NCBI GenBank assembly: GCA_036337435.1
Contig: JAYZEG010000011.1
Span: 63,886-127,885, forward strand
Direction of reading: 5' to 3'
Length of the DNA: 64,000 nucleotides
Source: Myxococcota bacterium
Lineage (GTDB): Bacteria; Myxococcota_A; Bradymonadia; UBA7976; UBA1532
Under the pieces are notes generated by a model. That model had not been told where the DNA came from. It searched no databases and was given only the letters and a program-made list of their open reading frames with translations. Made by a program: the position numbers and the translations under genes. Shown here piece after piece: positions 1 to 9,010 of the stretch. Each line of letters starts with the position of its first letter. Positions within the stretch are counted from its first letter, which is position 1.

Positions 1-349
1 CATTATCGGCCAGCACCGCAAAGCCTTGATTTGGTCATCCATCAGTTGCGATCGCTGGGGGTCGCCATGGAAAGCGTTAAGATCGTTGCCATTGACGGCA
101 GCGACAAACATTAGAAAAAATGAAATGAAGTCAAGAACTACTTGAATTTCTAGGGTCCGCATTTTTGTAAACACCTGAAGGCAATCAGTAAAAAAGTTCG
201 AAAAAAGTTGTAACCAATCTTCAATCCCTGTTCTCCTCCATCGTACAACTTTACCGCGGGCGTCAAATCTCGAGGAGGCGCGCCCTTTCAAAAAACAGTA
301 CTGGCAACGAACTACGGGTCTGATGAGCCAGTCCAACCGGGAGTATTTC

Positions 350-1456
350 ATGAAGCTTCTTAAGAATTTGAGTGTTTGCATGCTCGCCCTTGCCGTCGCG
401 CTGACGCTGGGATGTGGTGATGACGACGACAGCGGTGCTGGTGGCACAGGCGGCGTAGGTGCCGCTGGTGGTGCTGGTGGTGCTGGTGGTGCTGGTGGTG
501 CTGGTGCCGAGGGCGGTGCTGGTGGCGCGGGCGCCGAAGGTGGTGCTGGTGGTGCTGGTGCCGAGGGCGGCGCTGGTGGCGCGGGTGCCGAAGGTGGTGC
601 TGGTGGTGCTGGTGCCGAAGGGGGTGCTGGCGGTGCGGGTGGTACTGAGCCATTGCCGACCATCGCTGAGATCGCATCCGGTGACGAACGCTTTTCGACA
701 TTGGTGAGCTTGGTCGAAAGTGCTGACCTGCTCGGTCTTTTCACTGGCACGGATGAGTACACTGTCTTTGCACCAACAAACGCAGCTTTTGAAGCACTAC
801 CACAGGCCACGTTGGATGCTGTGCAGGCTGATCCAGCGTTGCTTCAACGCGTCTTGTCGCTCCATGCGGTAGCGGGACGGGTCAATGCTGAAAGCGTCGT
901 TGCTGGCACGCTGGTCCAAACACTCGGCGGATATGTGTCCGTCGCCGTGGACGGTGACAATGTGTCCGTCGGAGGCGCACCTGTATCCGCGACCGATATT
1001 CAGGCGTCAAATGGTGTAGTGCACGTCATCGACAGTGTCATCACAGACAACGCAAGCATTGTTGAAATCGCCTCCGGCATCTCTGACTTCGAGACACTCG
1101 TCAGCTTGGTTGTGCAAGCCAATCTCGTCGACGCACTGTCCGCCGAGGGGCCGTTGACTGTCTTCGCGCCGACCAACGACGCATTCGCAGCCCTCCCTCA
1201 AGAGACGCTGGACGCTGTCATGGCAGACGCTGACTTATTGACGAGCGTTCTCACGCATCATGTCATCGACGGCGCAGTATTGGCTGCGGATGTCGCCGCG
1301 GGTGAGGTTGCTACTCTTGGTGGTAACGTCACAATCGCCGGAGATGCGGAGTCCGGATGGACCATCAATGGCGCACCGATTGTCACGACTGACATTCGCG
1401 CATCCAATGGGTGGATCCACATCATGGGTGGTGTCATCGTACCAGCCGCCGAATAA
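350..1456 (+). CDS. Lipoprotein with Gly-rich stalk and two fasciclin (FAS1) domains
   Basis: ATG at 350 follows GGGAG (the ORF track starts at 323). Lipobox LTLG-C, then GAGGAGAEG repeats, then two FAS1 repeats (YTVFAPTNAAF...NGVVHVIDSV; LTVFAPTNDAF...NGWIHIMGGV). Confidence 0.9.
   Translation: MKLLKNLSVCMLALAVALTLGCGDDDDSGAGGTGGVGAAGGAGGAGGAGGAGAEGGAGGAGAEGGAGGAGAEGGAGGAGAEGGAGGAGAEGGAGGAGGTEPLPTIAEIASGDERFSTLVSLVESADLLGLFTGTDEYTVFAPTNAAFEALPQATLDAVQADPALLQRVLSLHAVAGRVNAESVVAGTLVQTLGGYVSVAVDGDNVSVGGAPVSATDIQASNGVVHVIDSVITDNASIVEIASGISDFETLVSLVVQANLVDALSAEGPLTVFAPTNDAFAALPQETLDAVMADADLLTSVLTHHVIDGAVLAADVAAGEVATLGGNVTIAGDAESGWTINGAPIVTTDIRASNGWIHIMGGVIVPAAE
488..622 (+). repeat. Five tandem 27-bp units encoding GAGGAGAEG
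   Basis: Units at 488, 515, 542, 569 and 596. Units 1 and 3 are identical (ggtgctggtggtgctggtgccgagggc); units 2 and 4 are near-identical, giving a 54-bp higher-order period. Confidence 0.9.
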
Positions 1457-1478
1457 TCCCCCAGACGATTATTGCATC

Positions 1479-1514
1479 AAACCCCGCGCTGATTCAGCGC
1501 GGGGTTTTTTGTTT
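1479..1514 (+). terminator. Rho-independent terminator
   Basis: aaaccccgcgctga-t-tcagcgcggggttt hairpin followed by a T run, about 20 bp after the stop codon. Confidence 0.9.
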
Positions 1515-1640
1515 GGTAGACCGTACAACGTCATTTCACCCATTGACCTGCTTCGACGGCTCTCATATTCGCTGTGCGCGCAGCATCCTTGGCCAAGACC
1601 TCTGTCTCGGGCATGGTTTCATGTACGCTAAAAAGCGACG

Positions 1641-2354
1641 TTAGCCGAACTGCATCGATTTCAACCATGCCTTTGCCTCTGCCGTACACACGCCAACCAT
1701 TTCGAGTCCAGGCGAGATCACATCTCCAAAGGTGTCACAGAAGAGTCGACGGCGTGTCTCGCCACTGACTTCACCGTAGGCTTCAAGTTCATCGCTTGTC
1801 TCATCTGCAAGGATTTGTATGGCACCACTCGTCTTCAACATTGGCACAATGTCGCGTGACAACCAGCTCAGTGAGCTGGCTGCCGAGATGGTATTGAGAT
1901 AGGCCCAGCCAAGCCGGCTGTGCCAGATTTCGTCTCCTAAAAGCCGCCGCGCTGCCGCTTTGATGGATGGCCACTCCGACCGCTGGTAAATATAACCAAG
2001 TAAGGTCGAATTCCATGTTTCGTTAAGGCAGCATGTTTGTGTCATTTCACCGATGAGCTGCTCTTGAGAGTACTCGGGCAGCATCGCTGGATCTGCCTCG
2101 ACCATACGCATGGAATCCATCGGTCGACCTAGGAATTCTTGCGCTAACTCCAGACATAACCTGGCATGCCTGGCCTCATCTTGTGCCGAGCGCAGACAGA
2201 GTTCGATTAGGTCATTGGGCGCCTGGTGGGCGGCTAATGAGCGTGCCAGCGTCGCGTAGCGTGAGGATGCTTTTTCTTCCTCTTCCGCCCGATGTAGCCA
2301 AGTTGAGCCAATACGGGCTCTCTGTCGGTCAGTCAGTTGAGTTGGTCGCAGCAT
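1641..2354 (-). CDS. Ferritin-like (di-iron carboxylate) domain protein, myxobacterial type
   Basis: W..RA.EE..AS...DEARHA...CCLNET...DEIWH gives the paired E/ExxH ligand pattern. Start chosen at 2354 (ORF track 2384). Confidence 0.7.
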   Translation of the reverse strand: MLRPTQLTDRQRARIGSTWLHRAEEEEKASSRYATLARSLAAHQAPNDLIELCLRSAQDEARHARLCLELAQEFLGRPMDSMRMVEADPAMLPEYSQEQLIGEMTQTCCLNETWNSTLLGYIYQRSEWPSIKAAARRLLGDEIWHSRLGWAYLNTISAASSLSWLSRDIVPMLKTSGAIQILADETSDELEAYGEVSGETRRRLFCDTFGDVISPGLEMVGVCTAEAKAWLKSMQFG

Positions 2355-2647
2355 GGATGTCTTGGTTCTGGCATGAGCCAGCAACAGTTCGTTTGTTTCG
2401 ACTCGAGAGATTCCGGACAGAATTTCTCAGTCGCACTTCCACGCGTACATATTTCCGAGCAGTTCAGTGTTTTGCCCTCAGCTGCCACATCATTAGCTGC
2501 TTTTTCTGTTGGCCGGTCCGCCTCTTTTGGTTGGCTCGTCGGTGTTGGTTTTGCTGCTGACGTTGTGTCCGCTGGCGTAGCACCGCATCCATTGCTGAAT
2601 ACAAATCCGCCCATCACGAGGATTTGGTAATACCGTTCCAACTTCAT
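2333..2647 (-). CDS. Small putative lipoprotein with Cys-rich C-terminus
   Basis: GAGGGGG RBS before ATG 2647. Lipobox-like SNG-C, P/T/A linker, and C-terminal CSEIC..C..CCW..PCC. Confidence 0.65.
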   Translation of the reverse strand: MKLERYYQILVMGGFVFSNGCGATPADTTSAAKPTPTSQPKEADRPTEKAANDVAAEGKTLNCSEICTRGSATEKFCPESLESKQTNCCWLMPEPRHPCCDQLN

Positions 2648-2790
2648 CAAGTCGCCCCCTCGAATCGCACGTCTGACGGCAGAACATATCAATAGTCGTT
2701 ACGACTATTTGGCTGACCTCCAACGCGCACGTGTAGATCTTGTAGCACGCTGCCATCTTGAAGCCAATTAACAGCCTATGTATCCGGGGG

Positions 2791-2832
2791 CTAATCGGTA
2801 AAAACTACCAAATGGTAGATTTTGCCGATTAG
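2791..2832. promoter_or_regulatory. 42-bp imperfect palindrome between divergent genes (candidate operator)
   Basis: CTAATCGGTAAAAACTACCA-AA-TGGTAGATTTTGCCGATTAG; the arms match at 18 of 20 positions. Confidence 0.65.
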
Positions 2833-2877
2833 ACTTGTTAGAGTGCCCCGAATCGAATTGGGGGATTAGATTTAAGT

Positions 2878-3663
2878 ATGACACCTAAAATGACATTGAT
2901 TTTTTGTGCAGGTTTGTCCCTTCTGTCCATTGGTTGCGCGCGCTTATCAGAGATTGAAGCTCGGCCCTGTGCGACTCTTGCTCAGCACCTGACGACCTGC
3001 GGGGCGAGTGACACAACCGAATTTTTTCAGATATGCGATGACAGGGCGGCTGAGGCCTTAGTCGGGAGCGACTGCACGCGACTGTTGTCGGCTGTTGAAA
3101 ACCAGGAGCTAAACCTCATTCGGCCAAAAAATAGAGGCGGATCCATGCCATTCCTGTGCAGGCTTGGCTTCCTCGCCCATTGCCCATCCGCTGAATGTAC
3201 CGTTGATGAATTGATTGATACGCCGTCCGATGATGCCGATTGTATTGAATGGACTCGATTTTCCGGCTGCCAGGCGTGTGAGTACTATCGTTGCCGCGAG
3301 AGAGAATCCAACTGCGGATCCGATGGCTATCTGGTTGGCTACGTCGGAAAGTATTGCGAACGATTTTCAACAATTACCGAGAAAAGACTTAGCCCTGCCG
3401 GTGCGCGGTGGATGTCCGACGTACGCGCTTGTTTAATCGAGACGCTCGATCAGTGGACAGATTCGACGGACAGTTGTGAAACCATCGAGCGGGTCGGCGT
3501 TGATTCTCATTCAGGCTGTTATCTACAAGCCGGTTTTTGTTCACTGCCATTGACCGATTGGTTCGCGATCGTCCATACCATCGACGCCTTCGACATTCCT
3601 TTGCGTCAAATTTTCGCGACAGGACATGGCTGCATAAGACAATGGTTCCGCTTTGGTTATTGA
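2878..3663 (+). CDS. Cys-rich lipoprotein with a stanniocalcin-like C-terminal domain
   Basis: Lipobox SIG-C. C-terminal CEYYRC..CG..GY..GY..KYC..F...W...VR.CL...C......DSH..CY...GFC.L...DW pattern. Confidence 0.65.
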   Translation: MTPKMTLIFCAGLSLLSIGCARLSEIEARPCATLAQHLTTCGASDTTEFFQICDDRAAEALVGSDCTRLLSAVENQELNLIRPKNRGGSMPFLCRLGFLAHCPSAECTVDELIDTPSDDADCIEWTRFSGCQACEYYRCRERESNCGSDGYLVGYVGKYCERFSTITEKRLSPAGARWMSDVRACLIETLDQWTDSTDSCETIERVGVDSHSGCYLQAGFCSLPLTDWFAIVHTIDAFDIPLRQIFATGHGCIRQWFRFGY

Positions 3664-3800
3664 ATATTGGAACCGGCGCATGTCCTCAGTTGGCCACATG
3701 AGAGTGGACCCCGAGTCCCCATATTTGTGACAAAATCGCTTCAAATCATGGCCGATATAAACCTTCTGTCCGGTAGGTTTTTGGCACGTGCCTTGCAAAG

Positions 3801-6215
3801 ATGTTGGCACAGAGGAGATCGTCCATGACGCGAGCTGGATTTAACATTACGCTTATTTTGTCGGCGGTGCTGGGCTGTGCCGAGCTCCCTGAGCTTGCAG
3901 GATCCTCGCCGCAGTTAATCAAATCCATAGAACAGCTGCCTATTGGGGACGGTGTGGAGCTTGCTTTGGCTGACCTCAGCCGGGACATGCCTCACTATAG
4001 CTACGAGAACTTGCTCAGCAGTGGGGCTGTCATCGAGAATGGACGTCATTTTGGCACTCGGCAACTAGACACCCGGATCCGCTCTTTGCTTCTGGCCAGC
4101 TCCGAATATTCGACAGACCGTCTGGACCATATCGAAATTCATGTTCACCGAATTAAGCTCAACCACGCATTTAAACCGATGCGTTTGATTGGACGCTGGT
4201 CAGAACGAGTCTTACCCTTCACAATAAGAACGGGTGGTGAAATTGAGTTTGCATATGCACATGACCCAGCAGCTCATCACGAGGTGCCTCGATTTTCCCT
4301 TATGGACGTACCGGCTGATGCAGAATCCGCTCTTGCGCTCCCGGTGGGAACTGTCGTGACGATCCCCATTGAGGGGCGGGTTTTGTTTGATGTGTCCGGA
4401 CAATTTCTGACCAAGAGTCTCAGCCATGCCCTCGATTTCAGATCCTTGGTCTCTGCGTCTGCCTTTGGACATACATCCAGTGTGCGTACGGGCACTCTGA
4501 TTGGGGATGGTCAGTTTGTGTTGCAGCTCGCTCGTTTGTCTGGCGACAGGGTTCGCTTGAGATTGGTGTCCTCGTCTCGGCAACAGGCGGCCGCTCGCTT
4601 GGGTTCTTACGCACACGGTGTGGCCAATTATACCTTTCTACCCAGTGCGCCCCTAGACAAACTACGCAGCTTTCGCAGACGAATTGAACAGACACGACGA
4701 CAGATGAGGCGATTGGGCCAAGTCGATGAACAGATTTCGAGCTTGAGAGATGCCGCACCCTTAATGATTAGAGGTGTTTTCGATGCGGTCCCATTCGTCG
4801 AAGAATCCGCTCAACGCGCAATCGAAGATACGGTCTCCCGAAGAGCAGACCAAATTTTACAGCAAGCTGAACGAATGCTTGCGCCGCTCGAAGCCATTGA
4901 AAGTCATATTCGTACGCGCGTTGGTGAAATCACATCGACTGTGACCTCGGGTTGGGCCGACCAGCTGGTTCCTGTTATCGAATCTATCCGTCGCTGGTCC
5001 AGTCGTGGCTACAGTCTCGCCAAAAGCATCACGTTGTCCGATGAATTATCGAGAACGCTCACATTGCTGGCCGATTATGAGTTTGATCTCAGATCCGACG
5101 AAGCGACCATCGCGTTTGATCGTGCTGTGAGTGGGCAGACGATATGGACGGGTCTGACTCAAGCTCTCTCTGTCCGCCAACTGGATGTTATTCCGTTCAC
5201 CGACTTCACCTTGGCTGACACAATCGCAAATGTTGATTTAGGTCAGGACTCACCGCGTGTTCGTCGACTGGCCAGCGCGGGTCGGGATATGCGTGCTCGC
5301 AGATATCGAGTTGATATCGATGGTTTTGGACTCAGGGCCGGAGTGAACGGAGACTTCGACCGTCAGAGAATTCTGATGACCGACGAATCCGGTCGAACGC
5401 AAGAATGGAACAACATAGCCTGGGAGCGAGGTCAACATTCTGATGCTTTCGGTCAAATTCGATCGGAATCTTTTGCGTCTGGCGCATTCACTCAAACCGA
5501 TGGTGGCGACCTGGCGATGGGTGGTTATTGGTTTCGGTGGAAAAAGCAATTTGCCCCCAGTGTGCTTAAACCAGCAGCCCACTCATTTCTCCAAGCTCTA
5601 AATGACCTGGGCCCATTTGGCGTGAGAATTGGTCTTGCAGATGCCTATGCTGGTGAGACGGCTGGGCTTGTCGATGCAAATCTTTCTGTCGTTATCAACG
5701 GAGCGTCCATAGACGCCCTTTTTGATGCAGACAGAACACCTGATGAGCTGTTGTGGCGCGTCTTGGGTAACATGATGTCCCGGTATCAACGCCCGAGGTT
5801 CTTACCGTATGCCCATGCGCCAATCAGACCCGGCGAAGTTGATTCCAGTGACGTGATTCGAGAGGCCTGCGAGGCTGTTGCGCGCCGGTTAGGCGGACGG
5901 TATTGCTACAGCTTCACGGACAGGATTTTTCCCGCGCTGAGGTCGGCTCAAGCCTCGGCTGACCCCGATGCAAGATTGGCTTTTTTCGAATCATTCTACC
6001 GAGTCCCCCTCGGGGGAGCGGTCTTATCCACCCGGTTCCTGGTTCGATATCTGGTCGAAGTACTTGACGAAATTGGCCAGACAGATGGCATTCATATCAA
6101 TTTTCGAGTCAATAACCGGTCCGATGATTCTGCAGCCGCGTCGCCAAGTTTTAGTCGCGGTGAGGATGCGGCCCACACACTGATGGATACAACGGACTTA
6201 TCGGGCATCTTCTAG
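3801..6215 (+). CDS. Large hypothetical lipoprotein
   Basis: 804-aa ORF with lipobox VLG-C and a central helical/coiled-coil segment; no recognisable catalytic motif. The start may be ATG 3825. Confidence 0.7.
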   Translation: MLAQRRSSMTRAGFNITLILSAVLGCAELPELAGSSPQLIKSIEQLPIGDGVELALADLSRDMPHYSYENLLSSGAVIENGRHFGTRQLDTRIRSLLLASSEYSTDRLDHIEIHVHRIKLNHAFKPMRLIGRWSERVLPFTIRTGGEIEFAYAHDPAAHHEVPRFSLMDVPADAESALALPVGTVVTIPIEGRVLFDVSGQFLTKSLSHALDFRSLVSASAFGHTSSVRTGTLIGDGQFVLQLARLSGDRVRLRLVSSSRQQAAARLGSYAHGVANYTFLPSAPLDKLRSFRRRIEQTRRQMRRLGQVDEQISSLRDAAPLMIRGVFDAVPFVEESAQRAIEDTVSRRADQILQQAERMLAPLEAIESHIRTRVGEITSTVTSGWADQLVPVIESIRRWSSRGYSLAKSITLSDELSRTLTLLADYEFDLRSDEATIAFDRAVSGQTIWTGLTQALSVRQLDVIPFTDFTLADTIANVDLGQDSPRVRRLASAGRDMRARRYRVDIDGFGLRAGVNGDFDRQRILMTDESGRTQEWNNIAWERGQHSDAFGQIRSESFASGAFTQTDGGDLAMGGYWFRWKKQFAPSVLKPAAHSFLQALNDLGPFGVRIGLADAYAGETAGLVDANLSVVINGASIDALFDADRTPDELLWRVLGNMMSRYQRPRFLPYAHAPIRPGEVDSSDVIREACEAVARRLGGRYCYSFTDRIFPALRSAQASADPDARLAFFESFYRVPLGGAVLSTRFLVRYLVEVLDEIGQTDGIHINFRVNNRSDDSAAASPSFSRGEDAAHTLMDTTDLSGIF

Positions 6216-6574
6216 ACCTACGTTCGTTCATCTGGACTTGTGGCTCACCGATCGGTGTGTCTCACGGTCATCTTGACCCCCCGCCATCCGACCGGCGATC
6301 GAAGGTCTTACCAAGACCGACGGCTAACTGACCCCCGACCCACCTTTTGGAGACTATCGTAGACCGGCGGCTCACCGACCGGCCAGTTCTTACAGTCGCC
6401 CGGCCCAAGAGTATTGATGTTTGACCCATTGGCGGTCGTGTCGGGCCCGGGCATTGGATGGTTGCTTGGAATAATCCTAACCGGCTTTTTAGCCGATGGT
6501 GGTCTTGCAATGACTGATTTTGAAACGCTCCATCGTGATGGAGTTAGATTCCGTCTTTGGCACTCACCATTGGT

Positions 6575-7804
6575 CTAGCGGCCGACCACGTCGACAGCGT
6601 GGTAGATGATTTGCTCTCCAGGACGTACGCAGACTGAATCATCTCGCCAAACGCGGCCATTGTTTGACTCAAAAAGTTTGAGGTTCAGGGCTTCAAAGCT
6701 TGGTGTCGGCACACTAAAGCGTCTAGAATCCATGGTGTAATGACAGCCCATGCAGGAGTTTGGTGCCACTCGAATGGCATCTTCATTGGGTCGACGAGTT
6801 GGAAAATACGCATAGCTGACTCGATGTCCGATTCGGTCAAAAACCCAGAAAATATTTTGCTGTCCTGGACGCGCTACGATCACCTCAGTCTCGCGGGTTT
6901 CGCAATTTTCATCGGTCGACTCCGCGATGCTAATCAACGTGCCATCATCCAAGTGTCGCCTGCTGATGCGGCGGCCTGCCTGCTTGGCTGGACTGATGGG
7001 GTGAAACTCCTTGGTCCATTCACCAGCGACCGAAAAGTCCCCATACTCAGACTTAAATTCAGCCAAATCTCGGGGTGCATGGGTCACAGCAGCACCACAG
7101 TACGCAAGCCAGCCCTTGATGCCAGATTGATTGAACGGCTGCACCTGATTACGGTCACCATCGGCGACCGCCTGAATTTGTTCATCGAGGAGTCGACGCG
7201 TCGCCGCTCTAAAGCTGTCGGCAGGTCTGTCAATTTGTTTACCCAGGGCTTCAAGCCAGCTGAGAGCTTGGCAGCAGCCACCAATATCGTTGTTCTCCGC
7301 AACACATAGCTCCAACCTGATGGTGCCATCGACCACCGACTTTAGCTCTCTCGACAGAACACCGGGCTGCTGGACAGAGCGGGCGTCTCTCTCAACCTCT
7401 TCGGCAAAGGCTTGGTAGTCGGTCTCCGAGGCACCAACATTCTTGTATCGCAACAAAGCGCTGAACGAGAGTCCGGATGCATCTGCTTGCTCAGCCATTG
7501 CCATTGCAATCGGGACAACCTCAGTTTCGAATCCAATTCGCGTGTCACCAGTTAATTCAACCGCGTATCGTGCATAGGCGACAGCGTTGAGAACCAGCGG
7601 CGTCTCAGATCTAGTTTGCGTCGATGTGGTATAATGGACGTCTGGAGATTGTGGATAAATCTCAGTGATGTGATTTCCATGTCCCTGTTGTTTGATTTGG
7701 GGGTCATCGTTTTGAATCGGATCGAGCTGCCCGGCGCATGCCGAGACGTTGAGAGCAGTCGCGATCATGACGCGGTGTGAGATAGTTGAGCTGAAAAATC
7801 GCAT
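6575..7804 (-). CDS. Hypothetical lipoprotein with a C-terminal c-type haem motif
   Basis: Lipobox-like VSA-C; CMGCH near the C-terminus. Confidence 0.6.
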   Translation of the reverse strand: MRFFSSTISHRVMIATALNVSACAGQLDPIQNDDPQIKQQGHGNHITEIYPQSPDVHYTTSTQTRSETPLVLNAVAYARYAVELTGDTRIGFETEVVPIAMAMAEQADASGLSFSALLRYKNVGASETDYQAFAEEVERDARSVQQPGVLSRELKSVVDGTIRLELCVAENNDIGGCCQALSWLEALGKQIDRPADSFRAATRRLLDEQIQAVADGDRNQVQPFNQSGIKGWLAYCGAAVTHAPRDLAEFKSEYGDFSVAGEWTKEFHPISPAKQAGRRISRRHLDDGTLISIAESTDENCETRETEVIVARPGQQNIFWVFDRIGHRVSYAYFPTRRPNEDAIRVAPNSCMGCHYTMDSRRFSVPTPSFEALNLKLFESNNGRVWRDDSVCVRPGEQIIYHAVDVVGR

Positions 7805-8041
7805 CTTGGCTCCAGAGTCCGCTGGGTCGACCTAAGTGCCATGCAATCAATATACCAAATCTACCGAAGGGTTGGAATTGGCGTTGTAGCCCGAGAAAGC
7901 CATTGTGACGGACGGTGTGTTGCAACTCACTGGGGTGTTCCAACCCAACTTCGGTGCCGAGTTGGCCTGTGAGTGGTGTCTTTAGACCGCGGTCCGCCTA
8001 TCAGTGATATTGGACGAAGCGAAATTTCGGCAGGGTATCAT

Positions 8042-9010
8042 TTAGAGCGTGTCCAGGATCAGTTCGGCCATGTGTTGGCCACTGAGCCAAGCCCCTTCAA
8101 CTTTTGGTGTCGAAAGCGCATCGCCACAGAGACCAAGGCCTGTCTTTTGGTCGAATAAGGCAGATTGTCCATCGATCTCCACGCTTAATGCGTATCGCCA
8201 GCGATGCAAGTAAACATGGCTCGGGTCGGTGTTGCAGAGTTCTCTAAAAAAACCAGTCAGCACTCTTTCGGCGTCAGTCGCATCGAGTTCCAAGTTGTTT
8301 TTACTCCAGTTCGGGTCAGCATGAAGAACCCAACGTTCACCCGGTGCTCGACCGGGTTTGCTGCTGTCGCGACAAGCCCACGAGAGAATACTGTCCTTTA
8401 AATGGAAGCCGTCATAGTCGAGCGCCACCGGGTCTGTATAGCTGCACATAGCTGCCCAGCAGGGAAAGTATTGGAGCTGATTTGCGACGCTATGCAAGGC
8501 GGAATGCGCCGGAAGAAGTGCTGCAGCCTGTGGTCCAGGACATGTGACAATCACCATGTCATAAGGGCCGATGTTGTGCCGGCCGTCCGCGTCTAAGTAC
8601 CAGCCATCTCGAGTTTGCCTCATGGCCACAATCCGATGGCTTAAATGGCAGGTTAATCCACCAGACAGAGTCCGTCCAATCGCACTCATGCGCGGCGTAC
8701 CAACCCAACGAGTTGTCGTCAATTCTGTATCCTGAAATTGACCGCCATCGTAAATTCCGAATCGGCCATCCCATGCTGTGACGGCTTTAGCAGCCCGAAG
8801 GGTGTCGATAACTGACTCAAATTTGGGGTCACGTGCGGTGATATATTGCGCACCGTGGTCAAACCGACCCGAATCAGTCCGTTTTGTACAAATACGCCCA
8901 CCAAAACCTCTCGACTTGTCGAATAGGGTGGGTGAGAGGCCACGGTCCAAGAGGGTTCTCGCACACGCCAGACCCGCGATGCCAGAACCAACAATCGCAA
9001 TCTCTGCCAT
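8042..9010 (-). CDS. Renalase-like FAD/NAD(P)-dependent oxidoreductase
   Basis: GSGIAG..CA, DKSRG.GGR, FDHGAQY, RWRYA, CGD...VEGAWLSG. Confidence 0.9.
   Translation of the reverse strand: MAEIAIVGSGIAGLACARTLLDRGLSPTLFDKSRGFGGRICTKRTDSGRFDHGAQYITARDPKFESVIDTLRAAKAVTAWDGRFGIYDGGQFQDTELTTTRWVGTPRMSAIGRTLSGGLTCHLSHRIVAMRQTRDGWYLDADGRHNIGPYDMVIVTCPGPQAAALLPAHSALHSVANQLQYFPCWAAMCSYTDPVALDYDGFHLKDSILSWACRDSSKPGRAPGERWVLHADPNWSKNNLELDATDAERVLTGFFRELCNTDPSHVYLHRWRYALSVEIDGQSALFDQKTGLGLCGDALSTPKVEGAWLSGQHMAELILDTL

Noticed and set aside
222..245. CAATCC-N14-CGTA as an ECF (RpoE/SigK-like) promoter for the fasciclin gene
   Set aside because: Plausible in context, but it is a single degenerate match with short spacing, and I found no second copy.
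488..622. 27-bp repeats as a possible CRISPR array
   Set aside because: The units are contiguous with no unique spacers, lie in-frame within a CDS, and there are no cas genes.
360..701. His/Gln-rich ORFs here and at 21686-22132, 34897-35256 and 58146-58670 that look like metal-binding peptides
   Set aside because: They are antisense shadows of the Gly-Ala repeat codons in well-supported lipoprotein genes.
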